Positions 39,809-51,361 of a DNA stretch of 64,000 nucleotides are shown piece after piece (position 1 is the stretch's first letter; each line of letters opens with the position of its first letter). The position numbers and the translations under genes are program-made. The notes under the pieces were generated by a model. It made no database searches. It saw only the letters and a list, made by a program, of their open reading frames with translations, and was not told the origin of the DNA. Origin of the DNA: Candidatus Eiseniibacteriota bacterium (GTDB lineage Bacteria; Eisenbacteria; RBG-16-71-46; CAIMUX01; VGJL01); NCBI GenBank assembly GCA_963792585.1, contig CAWBWI010000004.1, positions 266,548 through 330,547 on the forward strand. The letters run 5' to 3'.

Positions 39809-41218
39809 TTAGAACACAGGATGCGCGCTCCAGCGTCGCGCGAGAGAAGCGATCTCCCCTTCGCCGAAACCGCAGGTTTCGACCGTCCATGCGCCGCTCG
39901 GGAGCGCTCCCGAGGGACCATCGAGCAGGTGGGCGATCGCGCGGACGCGAGATCCGTGACGCTCGAGTTGGGCCCGCGTCGCGTCATCCTCCGGACCCCG
40001 ATGGATCCAACCCACGAGGCTGGGCGCGTCGCTCGAGCCCAACGCGCGTTCGAGGGTGGACGGCTCGTCGGTCCTGTAGCGGAGGAGGCGGCCGATCCGG
40101 CGCTCCGCGGGGAGATCCATGGGAGGGGTCGCTACGGCGCCATACGCGCCCCAACGCTCGGGGAGGATCCAGTCCCAGGCGCCCGGGGGCGTCCCGCCGC
40201 CGGCATGGGAACGGAATCCGGAGTCCGCGGCACGATCGAGGTCCGCGCGAGCCCATGGCTGTGGAATTTCCGGCGGCGGTGCGGCAACCCGCCACGCATC
40301 GAGGCGCGCGGATCGCGCACCGGCGAACATGCGGGCAAGTTCGAGCCCCCCGGAGACGTCGAGACCGACCAGCAACAGATCGCTGCCGGCAGCGAGCGCG
40401 GCGCGGCCGCGCGCTTCCAGATCCCCTACCGTCGCCAGCGCGCCCATGTCGAGCGAATCGGTCACGATCGGGCCGAGCCCGCCCGGAATCGCCGTCAGCG
40501 CCGCGGCGTCGAGCGAGGCGGGGAGATGCCCCTTCCCGCAAACGATGTGCGCCGTCAGAACAGCCGGCGACGGGCCGTCGGCCGCCTGCCACGTGCGGGC
40601 GATCCGCGCATATGGCTCGCGGTGCGGGTTCAGGTCGACTCCCGGGGCGATCCGCGGGAGATCGACGTGCGAATCGGTCGCGGTCGCGCCATGTCCGGGA
40701 TAGTGCTTGAGACAACCCCGGACACCGGCCGAGGCCAGACCGCGCAGCCACGCCGATGCCATTTCGGTGACGCAATCGGGAGCATCCCCGAAACAGCGGG
40801 TGCCCAGCACCGAACTCTGGGGACCCGGATCCAGATCGACCGCGGGCGCAAGGGCGACATCGAGGCCGAGCCGACGCATGCGTCTTCCGATCTCGCGACC
40901 GTGGGCGCGCGCGAGCCCAACATCGCCCGACCGCCCGAGCGCGCGCGGCGAGGGCAGGCGCGGCCAGCATTCGCCCGACGGCTCCCGAAGCCCGCTCAGT
41001 TGCTGGATCAGTCCACCCTCTTCATCGATCGCGAAGATGCAGGGAACCGACGGAGGCCACACCGCCCGAACCTCCGCGACGCGCGACGCGGCCTCTTCGA
41101 CCGTCTCCCCGAACGCATCGCGAAACCAGAGCAGACCCGCGAGCTGCCCCTCGCGCGCCGCGTCCAGGAGCGCGGGAGCGGGGGGATGGCCTCGAAGACC
41201 GACGATCACCCGGGCCAT
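39809..41218 (-). CDS. nagZ: GH3 beta-N-acetylhexosaminidase
   Basis: IDEEGG, KHYPGHGATATDSH, TDSLDMGA. Confidence 0.9.
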   Translation of the reverse strand: MARVIVGLRGHPPAPALLDAAREGQLAGLLWFRDAFGETVEEAASRVAEVRAVWPPSVPCIFAIDEEGGLIQQLSGLREPSGECWPRLPSPRALGRSGDVGLARAHGREIGRRMRRLGLDVALAPAVDLDPGPQSSVLGTRCFGDAPDCVTEMASAWLRGLASAGVRGCLKHYPGHGATATDSHVDLPRIAPGVDLNPHREPYARIARTWQAADGPSPAVLTAHIVCGKGHLPASLDAAALTAIPGGLGPIVTDSLDMGALATVGDLEARGRAALAAGSDLLLVGLDVSGGLELARMFAGARSARLDAWRVAAPPPEIPQPWARADLDRAADSGFRSHAGGGTPPGAWDWILPERWGAYGAVATPPMDLPAERRIGRLLRYRTDEPSTLERALGSSDAPSLVGWIHRGPEDDATRAQLERHGSRVRAIAHLLDGPSGALPSGAWTVETCGFGEGEIASLARRWSAHPVF

Positions 41219-42474
41219 TGGTCGTAGGCCCTCACGATCTGCGCATCGGGTAGTAGAACGCGACGATCTTGCGGAAGTCGTAGCCGGCGCGCGCCATGTC
41301 GATCGCGCCGATCTGGCAGAGACCGATGCCGTGCCCGTACCCGGCGCCGTCGATCGTGAGGGCGCTCAGCCGTCCCTTGCGCGTCGTCGCGTGAACCTTG
41401 AGGATCAACGCGCTGCGTAGCGATCCGCCGTCGGGCTGCGCAGGATCCAGCGGACCTGGTCGCCGCCGACCACGAAGCTCTTCTTCTCGAAGACGATCTC
41501 CAGATCCTTCGCCCTCTCCGATTCGGAGCGGCTCTTGAGCTTCAGATCGCGCAGCCTGCCCCAGCGTTCCGGGTTCTTGGCCCCGAGAACGGCGGGAAGA
41601 CTTTTCTTGAGGATCTTCTCGAGGGCCTGGCCGTCCCAGCGCTCGGTCCAGCGATGTTGCGGAGAGATGGAGCAGAAGGACTTGGCTCCCCTCGAGGGGG
41701 CGTCCCGGCGGGATTTCAGATAGGAGCGCGCGGGGCGCGACCAGACTTCTTCGGGGGCCGCCGTCATTCCGCCGCACGTGGAGCTGTAGTAGGCCTCGAT
41801 CGGCCGCCCGTTGCTCATGGCGATCATCCCGCACGTGTCCCGCAGCGCCGCATCGGTGTCCGCCCGCTCTCCCGCGACGCCGCGGTAGACCTGATCCTCG
41901 ACGGTGCGAGAGCAGATCGAAGCCCCGCGCGCGCCATCGGTTCAGGTAGGCGAGGGTGTAGGAGCGCGCGGCGACGGCCTGCGCCTTGACCGCCTCGATC
42001 CCGTCGGGTCCTCCCGCCACCGATCTCCGCGGGCAGGACCCCGCGCAGGTACGACTCGAGGTCGAGAACGTCGACGACCGTCACGCGCCCGCCTCCGGAG
42101 GCGAAGACGAGCATCTCGCCGCGATAGGGCCGGCCGTCGACTCGAATTGGAATCCGTTCCACGCGACGCGGGGAAGAAGAAGAGGGTATCCGCCGCCCCC
42201 CCGCGCATGCGCGCCGTTGTGATCGCGGATGCCGAGCCGATCACCCTCCGCCGTGGCGACCCACGTTGCGCCGCTCGGGATCTCCTCAACCGCGCCCCGC
42301 CTCCGATCACGCCGACGCTCCAGGCGCCGCCGCAACGAAGGAGAAGCGCTCACCACTTCCGGTGACGATGCCGATGCGGATCAGCGGGATCCTGCTTCGC
42401 GCCCGCGATGCCCGGCAGGAGAAGCGGGATCAGGAGCGCGATGAAGAGAGCGGCTGCCGCCGCGCGCATCTCAT
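41206..42474 (-). CDS. SpoIID/LytB-domain lytic transglycosylase (several frameshifts; ends approximate)
   Basis: [46 protein letters not shown] found in different frames. Confidence 0.85.
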
Positions 42475-43656
42475 GCGGGTCGTGGCGTCCATCGACCCAG
42501 AAGGACCGGCGTCGGAGCGCCCGTCACCGTGGTCAGATCGGTCGGGCGTCCCGCGACGAATTCGCGCGCGAGAAAGGCGAAGAGGACGCACTCGCGGTTG
42601 GCGGCCGTCACGCCTCCTCGTTGAAGCGCTTCGACCCGGTATCCGCGCGGCTCGAAGCGCTCCCGTAGTTCCGCGATGACCGCGCGGTTGTGGATCCCTC
42701 CCCCGCAGATCCAGAGCGTTCTCGCCCAGTCGCCGGGACCGACGTCGCGGCGGAACGAGCTCCAGGCCGCCTCCGCGGTCAACGGTCGGCGGCGGTCGCG
42801 AGAAGGTCCTCGATGCCGAGGCGCATGCCGCGCGCGCCGTCGAGGAAATGACTGAGGAACGCATCGCCGAACTCCTCGCGGCCGGTCGAGCGCGCGCGCC
42901 GCCGCGCGAGGAACGGATGTTCGAACGCGTGCACGAGAAGCGAGGGACTCGATTCGCCCGCGAGCGCGGACCTGCCCCCCGTGTCGCGGAACAACCGCCC
43001 TCCGCCGATTTCCGCCGGATCGATCCCGTCGAGGAGCATGTTGCCCGGTCCCACGTCGAATCCGACGACGTGTCGGATCCCCCCGCATCGGAGATCGCGG
43101 TCAGGTTCGCGATGCCGCCGAGATTCAGGACGAGGGCGCCCTTCCCGCACCGAAAAGCGCGAGATCGAGGATGGGGCTCAACGGCGCCCCTTCCCCGCCG
43201 GCCGCCGTGTCGCCCTGCCGGAAGTGGCTCACGACCGGAACGCGCGCGATCGCGGCGACCGCCTCGGGCAATCCGATCTGAAGAGTCGTAGAGCGTCCGC
43301 GCGGAGCGGGCAGGTGGCAGACCGTTTGCCCATGCAGTCCCGCCGCGCGCACCCGCGCGGGGGACGAGACCGGCGCTCTTCGATCGCGCGCCGGGCGGCG
43401 AGTCCGAAGATCTCCCCCAGCCTGCGCATCGAGGAGGCAGAGGTCGCGGATCCCGATGCCGTCGGGCGCGTCGAGCAGCCTCGAGCGCAATGCTCGTGGG
43501 ATCGCTAGAGAAACGGAGGCGAGGACGCGCGCATGGAACGGCGCATCACCTGCGGGTAGGTCGACCAGAATGGCGTCGACGTGATCGGCTGATGTCCCCG
43601 AGTTGAGGCCGAGGTAGGAACCACGCGTCGGTCCCGGTCGCGCGCCGGCTCTTCAT
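42471..43656 (-). CDS. anmK: Anhydro-N-acetylmuramic acid kinase (several frameshifts)
   Basis: YLGLNSGTSADHVD, HGQTVCH, AAGGEGAPL, GFDVGPGNMLLD, STGREEFG, CGGGIHN. Confidence 0.88.
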
Positions 43657-43671
43657 GTCGCCCCGCGCGGG

Positions 43672-44298
43672 CTAGGGACCGATTTCCACCCCCATCAGGA
43701 AGGTGCCGTCATACGCGACGGTCCATTCCCGAGGGGTGTCGATGCCGTGAATCGTCGCCTCGATCGAGAAGAAAACGCCCGAGGTCCGATAGAAACGGAT
43801 GCCGGCCAGCCCGAGGACTCCGCTGTCCCACCCGGTTGCCGCGCGACGGGCGGCAATCGGCGTCGTATCGAAGTGACCCGCCGTTCGTAGCGGCCCACGC
43901 CCGCGCCGACGTACGGAGCCACGTAGTTCCGGCGGCGCCGTTGAATCGATCCGGTAGATGAGGGACGCCGTGATCGACGTGCGACGGTAGGACCGAGCGA
44001 GATCGCCTGCGTGCGCGCCGAGGTCGGGCAAGTCCGCCGCGGGATCCTGCTCTCGGAGATCTCCGTCGCTCCAGCTGCATCGCGCCGCTCAAACGCGCTT
44101 CGAAGGTGCAGCCGACGGGCGCCTGCGCGAACAGCGTCCCGCCGGGGCCCACATTCCACTGGTGCGAGAGATCACCGAGATATCCCCCGACCGTGAACCC
44201 TCCCCCCAACGCCATCGGCACGGCCGCCGACGCGCACGCCGGAAGCCCGAGCGAGAAGGCAAAGCGATGGCTGCGAAGGTAGATCGAGACGATCGCAT
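43672..44298 (-). CDS. Probable outer-membrane beta-barrel protein (frameshifted)
   Basis: Signal-like N-terminus; APYVGAGVG, LAGIRFY and amphipathic strands. Confidence 0.55.
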
Positions 44299-44333
44299 CG
44301 AATCACCTCCTGGTCGCGCGACCCGGCCGGACG

Positions 44334-45341
<1,008 letters not shown>

Positions 45342-45480
45342 TCAAGGCGCCCGAGGTGGCCCGGGACGATCCGTCCGCCCCCGCAACCCGCTCGAACGCA
45401 GAGGCTAACAGCCCGTCCCCCGGCGCGAAAGCGGCGGCTTGACCATCGAGCCGCCGAAATCCGTACGCTTCCGGGTTCGC

Positions 45481-45495
45481 TGAAACTGAGTCTCA
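45481..45495. promoter_or_regulatory. Fur-box-like 7-1-7 inverted repeat
   Basis: TGAAACT-G-AGTCTCA (one mismatch), 26 nt upstream of the fur start. Confidence 0.6.
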
Positions 45496-45521
45496 ATAAG
45501 CTACATCCGGAGGACGGAACC

Positions 45522-46016
45522 ATGGCCGCCACTGTGGCGATCATCAACGAGGCGACCGAGCGGCTGCGCGACTTCCTTCGCGGCCAGAAACTCCGGCTCA
45601 CTCCGGAGCGAATCGCCCTTCTGCGCGCGGCCCTGGGCTACCCGGGCCACTTCGACGCCGATGAGATGGTGGCCCACCTGCGGCGGCGGCGCAGCCGGGT
45701 CAGCAGGGCCACGATTTATCGCACCCTGTCGATCCTCGAGCAGTGCGGGATCCTTCGCAAATCGCTCCTCGGCCAGGGGCGCGGCGTTTACGAGCGGGCG
45801 CTGGGGCGCGGCCACCACGATCACATCGTCTGCGCGGCCTGCGGCAAGATCGAGGAGTTCTACGACGAGCGCATCGAGAAGCTGCAGGACGAGGTCGCGG
45901 AGGGACTCCGCTACCGGATCCTCGATCACGTTCACGAGTTGTTCGGCCTCTGCGGTGACTGCGGGAAGATCGCTCCAGACGGTATCAAGGGCGGGGCGAA
46001 GTTGAGGAAGGGATAG
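45522..46016 (+). CDS. fur: Fur-family regulator
   Basis: SRATIYRTL, HHDHIVCAACG, GLCGDC; GGAGG RBS. Confidence 0.93.
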   Translation: MAATVAIINEATERLRDFLRGQKLRLTPERIALLRAALGYPGHFDADEMVAHLRRRRSRVSRATIYRTLSILEQCGILRKSLLGQGRGVYERALGRGHHDHIVCAACGKIEEFYDERIEKLQDEVAEGLRYRILDHVHELFGLCGDCGKIAPDGIKGGAKLRKG

Positions 46017-46018
46017 CA

Positions 46019-48157
46019 TTGCACACGCACACTGCGGAGAGGCTCGAACGCCCCGACACGCCCCCCCTGCTGCTCGTCGGCAACCCGAATGTCGGCAAGA
46101 GCGTCATCTTCGGCGCGCTGACGGGGCGCTACGTGAACGTCTCGAACTACCCGGGCACCACGATCGAGGTGACCCGCGGCCGCCTCGCGCGTGCGGGCGC
46201 GCGCGTCGAGGTGATCGATACCCCGGGCACGAACCACCTGATCCCGATGTCGGAAGACGAGCGGGTCACCCGCGACATCCTCATCAACGAGCCTGACTCG
46301 ACGGTGGTTCAGGTCGGCGACGCCAAGAACCTCCGACGGGCGCTGACCTTGACCCTCGAACTCTCGCTCCTCGGCCGTCCGGTGATCCTCGCCCTGAACA
46401 TGATGGACGAGGCCAAGACCCTCGGCATTCGGATCGATCGCGCGCGGCTCGAGTCGATGCTCGGCGTGCCGGTCGTCGAAACGGTGGCCATCCGCAAGAG
46501 CGGGCTGAAGAAGCTCTACGACCTGTCCATCCGGGCCGGACTTCCCAAGCTTCGCGCGCAGTACCCCCCGATCGTGGAGGGTGCGATCGCGAGGGCGGCA
46601 TCCGTTCTCGAAGCCGCCGGCGTGGCCGTCTCGACCCGCTTCCTGGCGGTCCTCTTCCTTGCCGGCGATCGGACGATCGTCCCGTGGCTGCGCGCACGCG
46701 TCGATGCGCGCGCGCTGGAGGCCTGCGAGCAGATCCGGGCCGAGGCAGGGCGCCATGCGAACGAACCGCTGTCCACCATCATCCAGAAGTGCCACCTCGA
46801 CGCGATCGACGCAATCATCGACGCCTGCTACATCCCCGCGACCACCGGACGCGGGGGATTGCGCCACAAGGTAGGCCGCTGGTCGATCCATCCCTTGAAG
46901 GGCGTCGGGGTGCTCGCCATCGTGCTGATCACGACGTTCTGGTTCGTGGGCCTGCTCGGGGCCGGGACACTGGTCGACCTGATGGAGACCGGTCTCTTCG
47001 GCCAGGCCCTCAGTCCGGCGGCGATCCGCGCGGCCGACGCGGTCCTGCCATTCCCACACGTCCACCCGCCGGCGGACATCGAGGTGAATCTGCAGATCCC
47101 GCTGACCCCGACCCACGGGATCGACACGGGACTCGACTGGACTCGCCACGTGGTGACGCCGCAATACGAGCTCACGGGCAACCTCACGGGCGGACAGAAG
47201 GTCCTCCGCTTCGTCCACGATCTGTTCGTCGGTCCCTATGGCGCTTTCACGATGGCGCTCGCCTACGGGTTTGCCATCGTGCTGCCGATCGTGGCGACCT
47301 TCTTTCTCCTCTTCAGCCTCCTCGAGGACAGCGGCTATCTCCCCCGCCTGGCCGTGATGGTCAATGACATCTTCCGCATGATGGGACTCAACGGCCGGGC
47401 CGTCCTCCCGATGGTTCTGGGTCTGGGATGCGACACGATGGCCACCCTGACCACCAGGATTCTCGACACCCGAAAACAGCGATTGATCGTCACCCTCCTT
47501 CTCGCGCTGGGGGTTCCCTGCTCCGCCCAGCTCGGGGTGATCCTCGCCATGATGAGCGCGATCTCGCCGCTGGGCACGGCCATCTGGCTCCTGATCATCC
47601 TGGGGGTCATGGTCCTCGTCGGCTGGCTTGCCGCGCGCGTATTCCGCGGCCGCTCGTCCGACTTCCTGCTCGAGCTGCCGCCGATTCGCCGACCGGTCGT
47701 GAGCAACATCATCGTCAAGACGATGGCGCGGCTCGAGTGGTACCTGAAGGAGGTCCTTCCCCTCTTCATTCTGGGGACCTTGATTCTCTTCACCCTGGAC
47801 CGGACCGGTGTGCTGCCGAGCATCCGCGATTTCGCCGCGCCGCTCGTCAAAGGCTGGCTCGGCTTGCCGCCGCAGACCGCGGATGCGTTCCTGATCGGTT
47901 TTCTCCGCCGCGACTACGGGGCCGTCTTCCTGCTCCAGGCCGCGACGGGGGCTCACCCGATCCTGAGCGGGAACCAGATCCTGGTCAGCATGACCGTGAT
48001 CACGCTCTTCGTTCCGTGCATCGCAAACGTCTTCATCATCGCCAAGGAGCACGGCATGAGGGTCGCTGTGGGGATGACGGCGTTCATCTTCCCCTTCGCC
48101 TTCTTCGTGGGCGGGATCCTCTGGCGCATGCTCACCCTCTTCGGGGTGCAGGTATGA
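46019..48157 (+). CDS. feoB: Ferrous iron transporter B
   Basis: GNPNVGKS, NYPGTT, DTPG, NMMD, LEDSGYLPR, LGLGC, PCSAQ. Confidence 0.95.
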   Translation: MHTHTAERLERPDTPPLLLVGNPNVGKSVIFGALTGRYVNVSNYPGTTIEVTRGRLARAGARVEVIDTPGTNHLIPMSEDERVTRDILINEPDSTVVQVGDAKNLRRALTLTLELSLLGRPVILALNMMDEAKTLGIRIDRARLESMLGVPVVETVAIRKSGLKKLYDLSIRAGLPKLRAQYPPIVEGAIARAASVLEAAGVAVSTRFLAVLFLAGDRTIVPWLRARVDARALEACEQIRAEAGRHANEPLSTIIQKCHLDAIDAIIDACYIPATTGRGGLRHKVGRWSIHPLKGVGVLAIVLITTFWFVGLLGAGTLVDLMETGLFGQALSPAAIRAADAVLPFPHVHPPADIEVNLQIPLTPTHGIDTGLDWTRHVVTPQYELTGNLTGGQKVLRFVHDLFVGPYGAFTMALAYGFAIVLPIVATFFLLFSLLEDSGYLPRLAVMVNDIFRMMGLNGRAVLPMVLGLGCDTMATLTTRILDTRKQRLIVTLLLALGVPCSAQLGVILAMMSAISPLGTAIWLLIILGVMVLVGWLAARVFRGRSSDFLLELPPIRRPVVSNIIVKTMARLEWYLKEVLPLFILGTLILFTLDRTGVLPSIRDFAAPLVKGWLGLPPQTADAFLIGFLRRDYGAVFLLQAATGAHPILSGNQILVSMTVITLFVPCIANVFIIAKEHGMRVAVGMTAFIFPFAFFVGGILWRMLTLFGVQV

Positions 48158-48372
48158 CGGACCGCGAGCCGGCGACGGCCCAAGACGTTCGCGCCTGTCC
48201 GCTCTGCGGGGGACGGGTCTCCGCGGACGCCGATTCCTGCCCCAGCGGCTGCCCGATGGCGAAGAAGTGCAAGTTGATCTGCTGCCCGAATTGCGGCTAC
48301 GAATTCGTGGAGGACTCGGCCGTCGTCTCGGGACTCGGCCGCCTCTGGAAGCGCATCCGGAGGAAACCATGA
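48154..48372 (+). CDS. Small 8-Cys metal-binding protein (72 aa)
   Basis: CPLC..CPSGCPMAKKCKLICCPNCGYEF; ATGA overlaps with both neighbours. Confidence 0.8.
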   Translation: MTDREPATAQDVRACPLCGGRVSADADSCPSGCPMAKKCKLICCPNCGYEFVEDSAVVSGLGRLWKRIRRKP

Positions 48373-49019
48373 CCGATCCGCATCGACTCGATGAGGGCCT
48401 CGAACTCCTCTACACCCTGCGCGAACGCGGGATGAGCGACGTCGCTTCGTTCCTCCGCGTCTGCACGGAGCCCCATCCCGACTCGCTCCTGCGCGAGGTG
48501 CTCGCCGCCGGTCTCGTCGCGCGCGAGGCGGAGGCGCTGTCCCTTACGCAGGCCGGCATGGAACGCGCGGCCGGCATCATCCGCCGCCATCGTCTGGCCG
48601 AGGTGCTGATGCGCTCGGTCCTCGAGGTCGAGGAGCCGGAGATGGAGCAGACCGCCTGCGCCTTCGAGCACGTTCTGGGCGAAGGCGCGGTCGATCGGGT
48701 TTGCGCGTTCCTCGGGCATCCGACCCACTGCCCCCACGGCCGTCCCATCCCTCCGGGCCGATGCTGCAGCATGATCGCAGAGGCCGGCGAGAACATCCAA
48801 CCGCTCTCCGAGATGCAGGTGGGCGATTTGTGCGAGGTCGTCCACATCCGGCCCAAGCACCACGCCCGTCTCGATCGCCTGGGAGCCTACGGGCTCGTGC
48901 CGCGCTCGGTGATCCGGCTGCACCAGAAGCGCCCCAGTTTCGTGGTGCAGATCGACGAGACGGATCTCGCGATCGACATCGACGTCGCCAAGGACATCTA
49001 CGTCCGCATCAAGGTCTGA
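48369..49019 (+). CDS. DtxR/MntR-family metal-dependent regulator with C-terminal FeoA domain
   Basis: IIRRHRLAE, ACAFEH, PTHCPHGRPIP, FeoA-like RLGAYGLVP. Confidence 0.9.
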   Translation: MTDPHRLDEGLELLYTLRERGMSDVASFLRVCTEPHPDSLLREVLAAGLVAREAEALSLTQAGMERAAGIIRRHRLAEVLMRSVLEVEEPEMEQTACAFEHVLGEGAVDRVCAFLGHPTHCPHGRPIPPGRCCSMIAEAGENIQPLSEMQVGDLCEVVHIRPKHHARLDRLGAYGLVPRSVIRLHQKRPSFVVQIDETDLAIDIDVAKDIYVRIKV

Positions 49020-49025
49020 CGGCCT

Positions 49026-51140
49026 CTACGGGCGCATCGAGATTTGCCGCGTACGGTGGAAGTAGACGTCGATGGAGCTGATGTAGCCGTTCGAGTGATC
49101 CGGCAGGCAATCGTAACCGGTCATGCTCATCCACACCTCCGGTCCCGATCCGCTCCATGTGTAGCGCGCGATCTTCGAACAGGTCTCCTCCCCGTCCGTG
49201 CCGCACTGCATCGTCAACAGAGGAGGATGCTCCCAGACGCTGATCATCGGGACATGCTGGAGCTCGAGGGTGCGCGTCTCCGTCCAGCCGTCCGGCCCGC
49301 TCAAGGTCTTCGTTAGATCCAGCGTGACGACCTCGCCCGAATGCGAATCGACCGTCGCACCCATGCTGATGACCGTGCGATATCCGTTCGTGTCCGTCGT
49401 GTCCCGCCCGCCGGTGAACCGGTTGCCCGCAAAGCTCCCCACGATCCCCTCGAACTCTTGGCCGTCGTACCAGTCGCTGACGCCCGAGTTCGATTCGTAC
49501 GTGGCATGCGTGAACAGGTCGACCGTGCAGTAGCGCATGCGATCGAGGGGGAGCTCGCGGCGAACCGTCAAGTCTCCGAGGTCATGGGTCTCGTCCGTCC
49601 GCTGCTCCCAGGGGATCGTGATCGGAACGTCGGCCGAGTCCCCGGCGATCGCCACGCGGATCGCGCTCTCTCCGGGGAACACGCCGCCCGTGATCTGGAA
49701 GTGCCCGGAGCCGTCGGTCGGAATCGACGAGTCGCCGCCCCGGTAGACCCGCTCGCCGACGATGCTCACCGCGCTGACGAAGGCGCCCGCGAGCGGCGCC
49801 CCGGATTCGTCGAACAGACGACCCCGAACGGCGTGCCGCCAGCCCGACCGCTGGAAGATCGCGGGGAGCTTGTCCGCCTGCGCGCCCGCGGCATTCACGA
49901 TCTCCACCCGCAGTCCCTCGGTCGTGACCGCGCGGCGCGCGACGATGCTGTAGAGATCGCCGGTCCCCAGCCCGATCACCGGCACGTCGGTCGTGCGCCC
50001 GTTCTGGATGTCCCGCATCGACGGGGTCGTCCGGGTGAGACCTGCCAGCAGGACGGCGGAGAATCCCTCGAGGCCGGGGAAATCCGCTGTGAGCGGGGTC
50101 AGGCCGTTGAAGATCACGTACGGATCGTGGAGGTCATAGCCCTTGACCGATCCCATCGCGATCCACTCGGTCAGATAGGCGTAGTCCTCCAGAAGGACGT
50201 CGCGCCCGACGGCGTCGCGGATCCCGTGTCCGGTGTCCCACAACGGCGCCTGTCCCTCCAGGATCGACCAGGCGTCGTCCCCGACCAGGACGTGGGTCAG
50301 GTAGTGCCCCGTTTCATGGGCGACATTGCCCGCGTTCGCATCGAGCCTCAGGTGAATCGTCGGGCGCACGAGCCGGCCCAACGAACCGAGACTGCGCCAC
50401 CAGAAACCGCAGTAGTAGAAACCATCCCACTCGGTGTTCCGGCGCAGCCGTCCGTCCACCTCCGCACGTGCCGACGCCTGCAGGGCCGGCGGCATGAGGG
50501 CGATGGCTTCGTCGATGACGCTCGCAATCTGCAGATTGACATGAACCCGCTGCGTCGCCTCGTCGCTTCCCGCGGGGATCGCGGAGATCCAGTAGTTGCT
50601 GAACCCGCCCGTCTGCGCGAGCGATCGTCGCAGGCCGGCGGGCTCCGCCCCGAACGGCAGCGTGAGTTGGAAAACGCGGCCTTCCGGAAGCGAGTCGACC
50701 TGGGGGACGGCGATCCAGCGGGTGCCGGGGCCCGGCAGGTCGTCGTACGCTCCGGGCGCCGAGCCGTAACCGTACACGGTGACGTCGGCGCTGCCGGGCA
50801 GGCCGACGAGCACCTGAAGCGGAGTCTCCCGATCGAATGAAACCGAGAACCCCTGCCCCGCCTCGGGAGGCGCGGGGCCGTCGAGGATCCGGGCTACGAC
50901 CAGGGTTCCGGCGCCGCCTTCGGGGAATCGGAAGGAATGGCCCGTGAGGCTGTCCCCAACCGAGGTCCCCGCGCCCCCCTCCACGGGGTATCCGGTCGCG
51001 GGTCCAAGCGTCCAGCCCTCTCCCCCATCCGCCGGATCGTTCAGACGATCCCGTTGGCCGCAACCGACCACGGCAAAGGCCATGATGACGCCCAGAACAG
51101 AGATCGACGGAAACACGTGCGGTCGCGGCGTGAAGACCAA
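49026..51140 (-). CDS. Putative lipoprotein with HExxH metallopeptidase motif
   Basis: TTG start behind GAAGGAGGAG; lipobox AVVGC; VAHETGH. Confidence 0.75.
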   Translation of the reverse strand: MVFTPRPHVFPSISVLGVIMAFAVVGCGQRDRLNDPADGGEGWTLGPATGYPVEGGAGTSVGDSLTGHSFRFPEGGAGTLVVARILDGPAPPEAGQGFSVSFDRETPLQVLVGLPGSADVTVYGYGSAPGAYDDLPGPGTRWIAVPQVDSLPEGRVFQLTLPFGAEPAGLRRSLAQTGGFSNYWISAIPAGSDEATQRVHVNLQIASVIDEAIALMPPALQASARAEVDGRLRRNTEWDGFYYCGFWWRSLGSLGRLVRPTIHLRLDANAGNVAHETGHYLTHVLVGDDAWSILEGQAPLWDTGHGIRDAVGRDVLLEDYAYLTEWIAMGSVKGYDLHDPYVIFNGLTPLTADFPGLEGFSAVLLAGLTRTTPSMRDIQNGRTTDVPVIGLGTGDLYSIVARRAVTTEGLRVEIVNAAGAQADKLPAIFQRSGWRHAVRGRLFDESGAPLAGAFVSAVSIVGERVYRGGDSSIPTDGSGHFQITGGVFPGESAIRVAIAGDSADVPITIPWEQRTDETHDLGDLTVRRELPLDRMRYCTVDLFTHATYESNSGVSDWYDGQEFEGIVGSFAGNRFTGGRDTTDTNGYRTVISMGATVDSHSGEVVTLDLTKTLSGPDGWTETRTLELQHVPMISVWEHPPLLTMQCGTDGEETCSKIARYTWSGSGPEVWMSMTGYDCLPDHSNGYISSIDVYFHRTRQISMRP

Positions 51141-51361
51141 GCTGGCTCCTCCTTCGATCGGGTATTGCGGATCCGGGCCCTCCGGGGACCGTGACGGGTC
51201 CCAGATCGCCCCACATATGGATATCGGCCGCCCCGATGGTCCTGATGAGGCTTGCGCGGCGCGGTGGATCCAAGACCGTGGGCAGCAACAAACCGTGGCG
51301 CATTCGGAGGAGGTCGGGCTAGACTCCCTTCGTCCGGGGTAGGACACGTGGAGGAACACGG

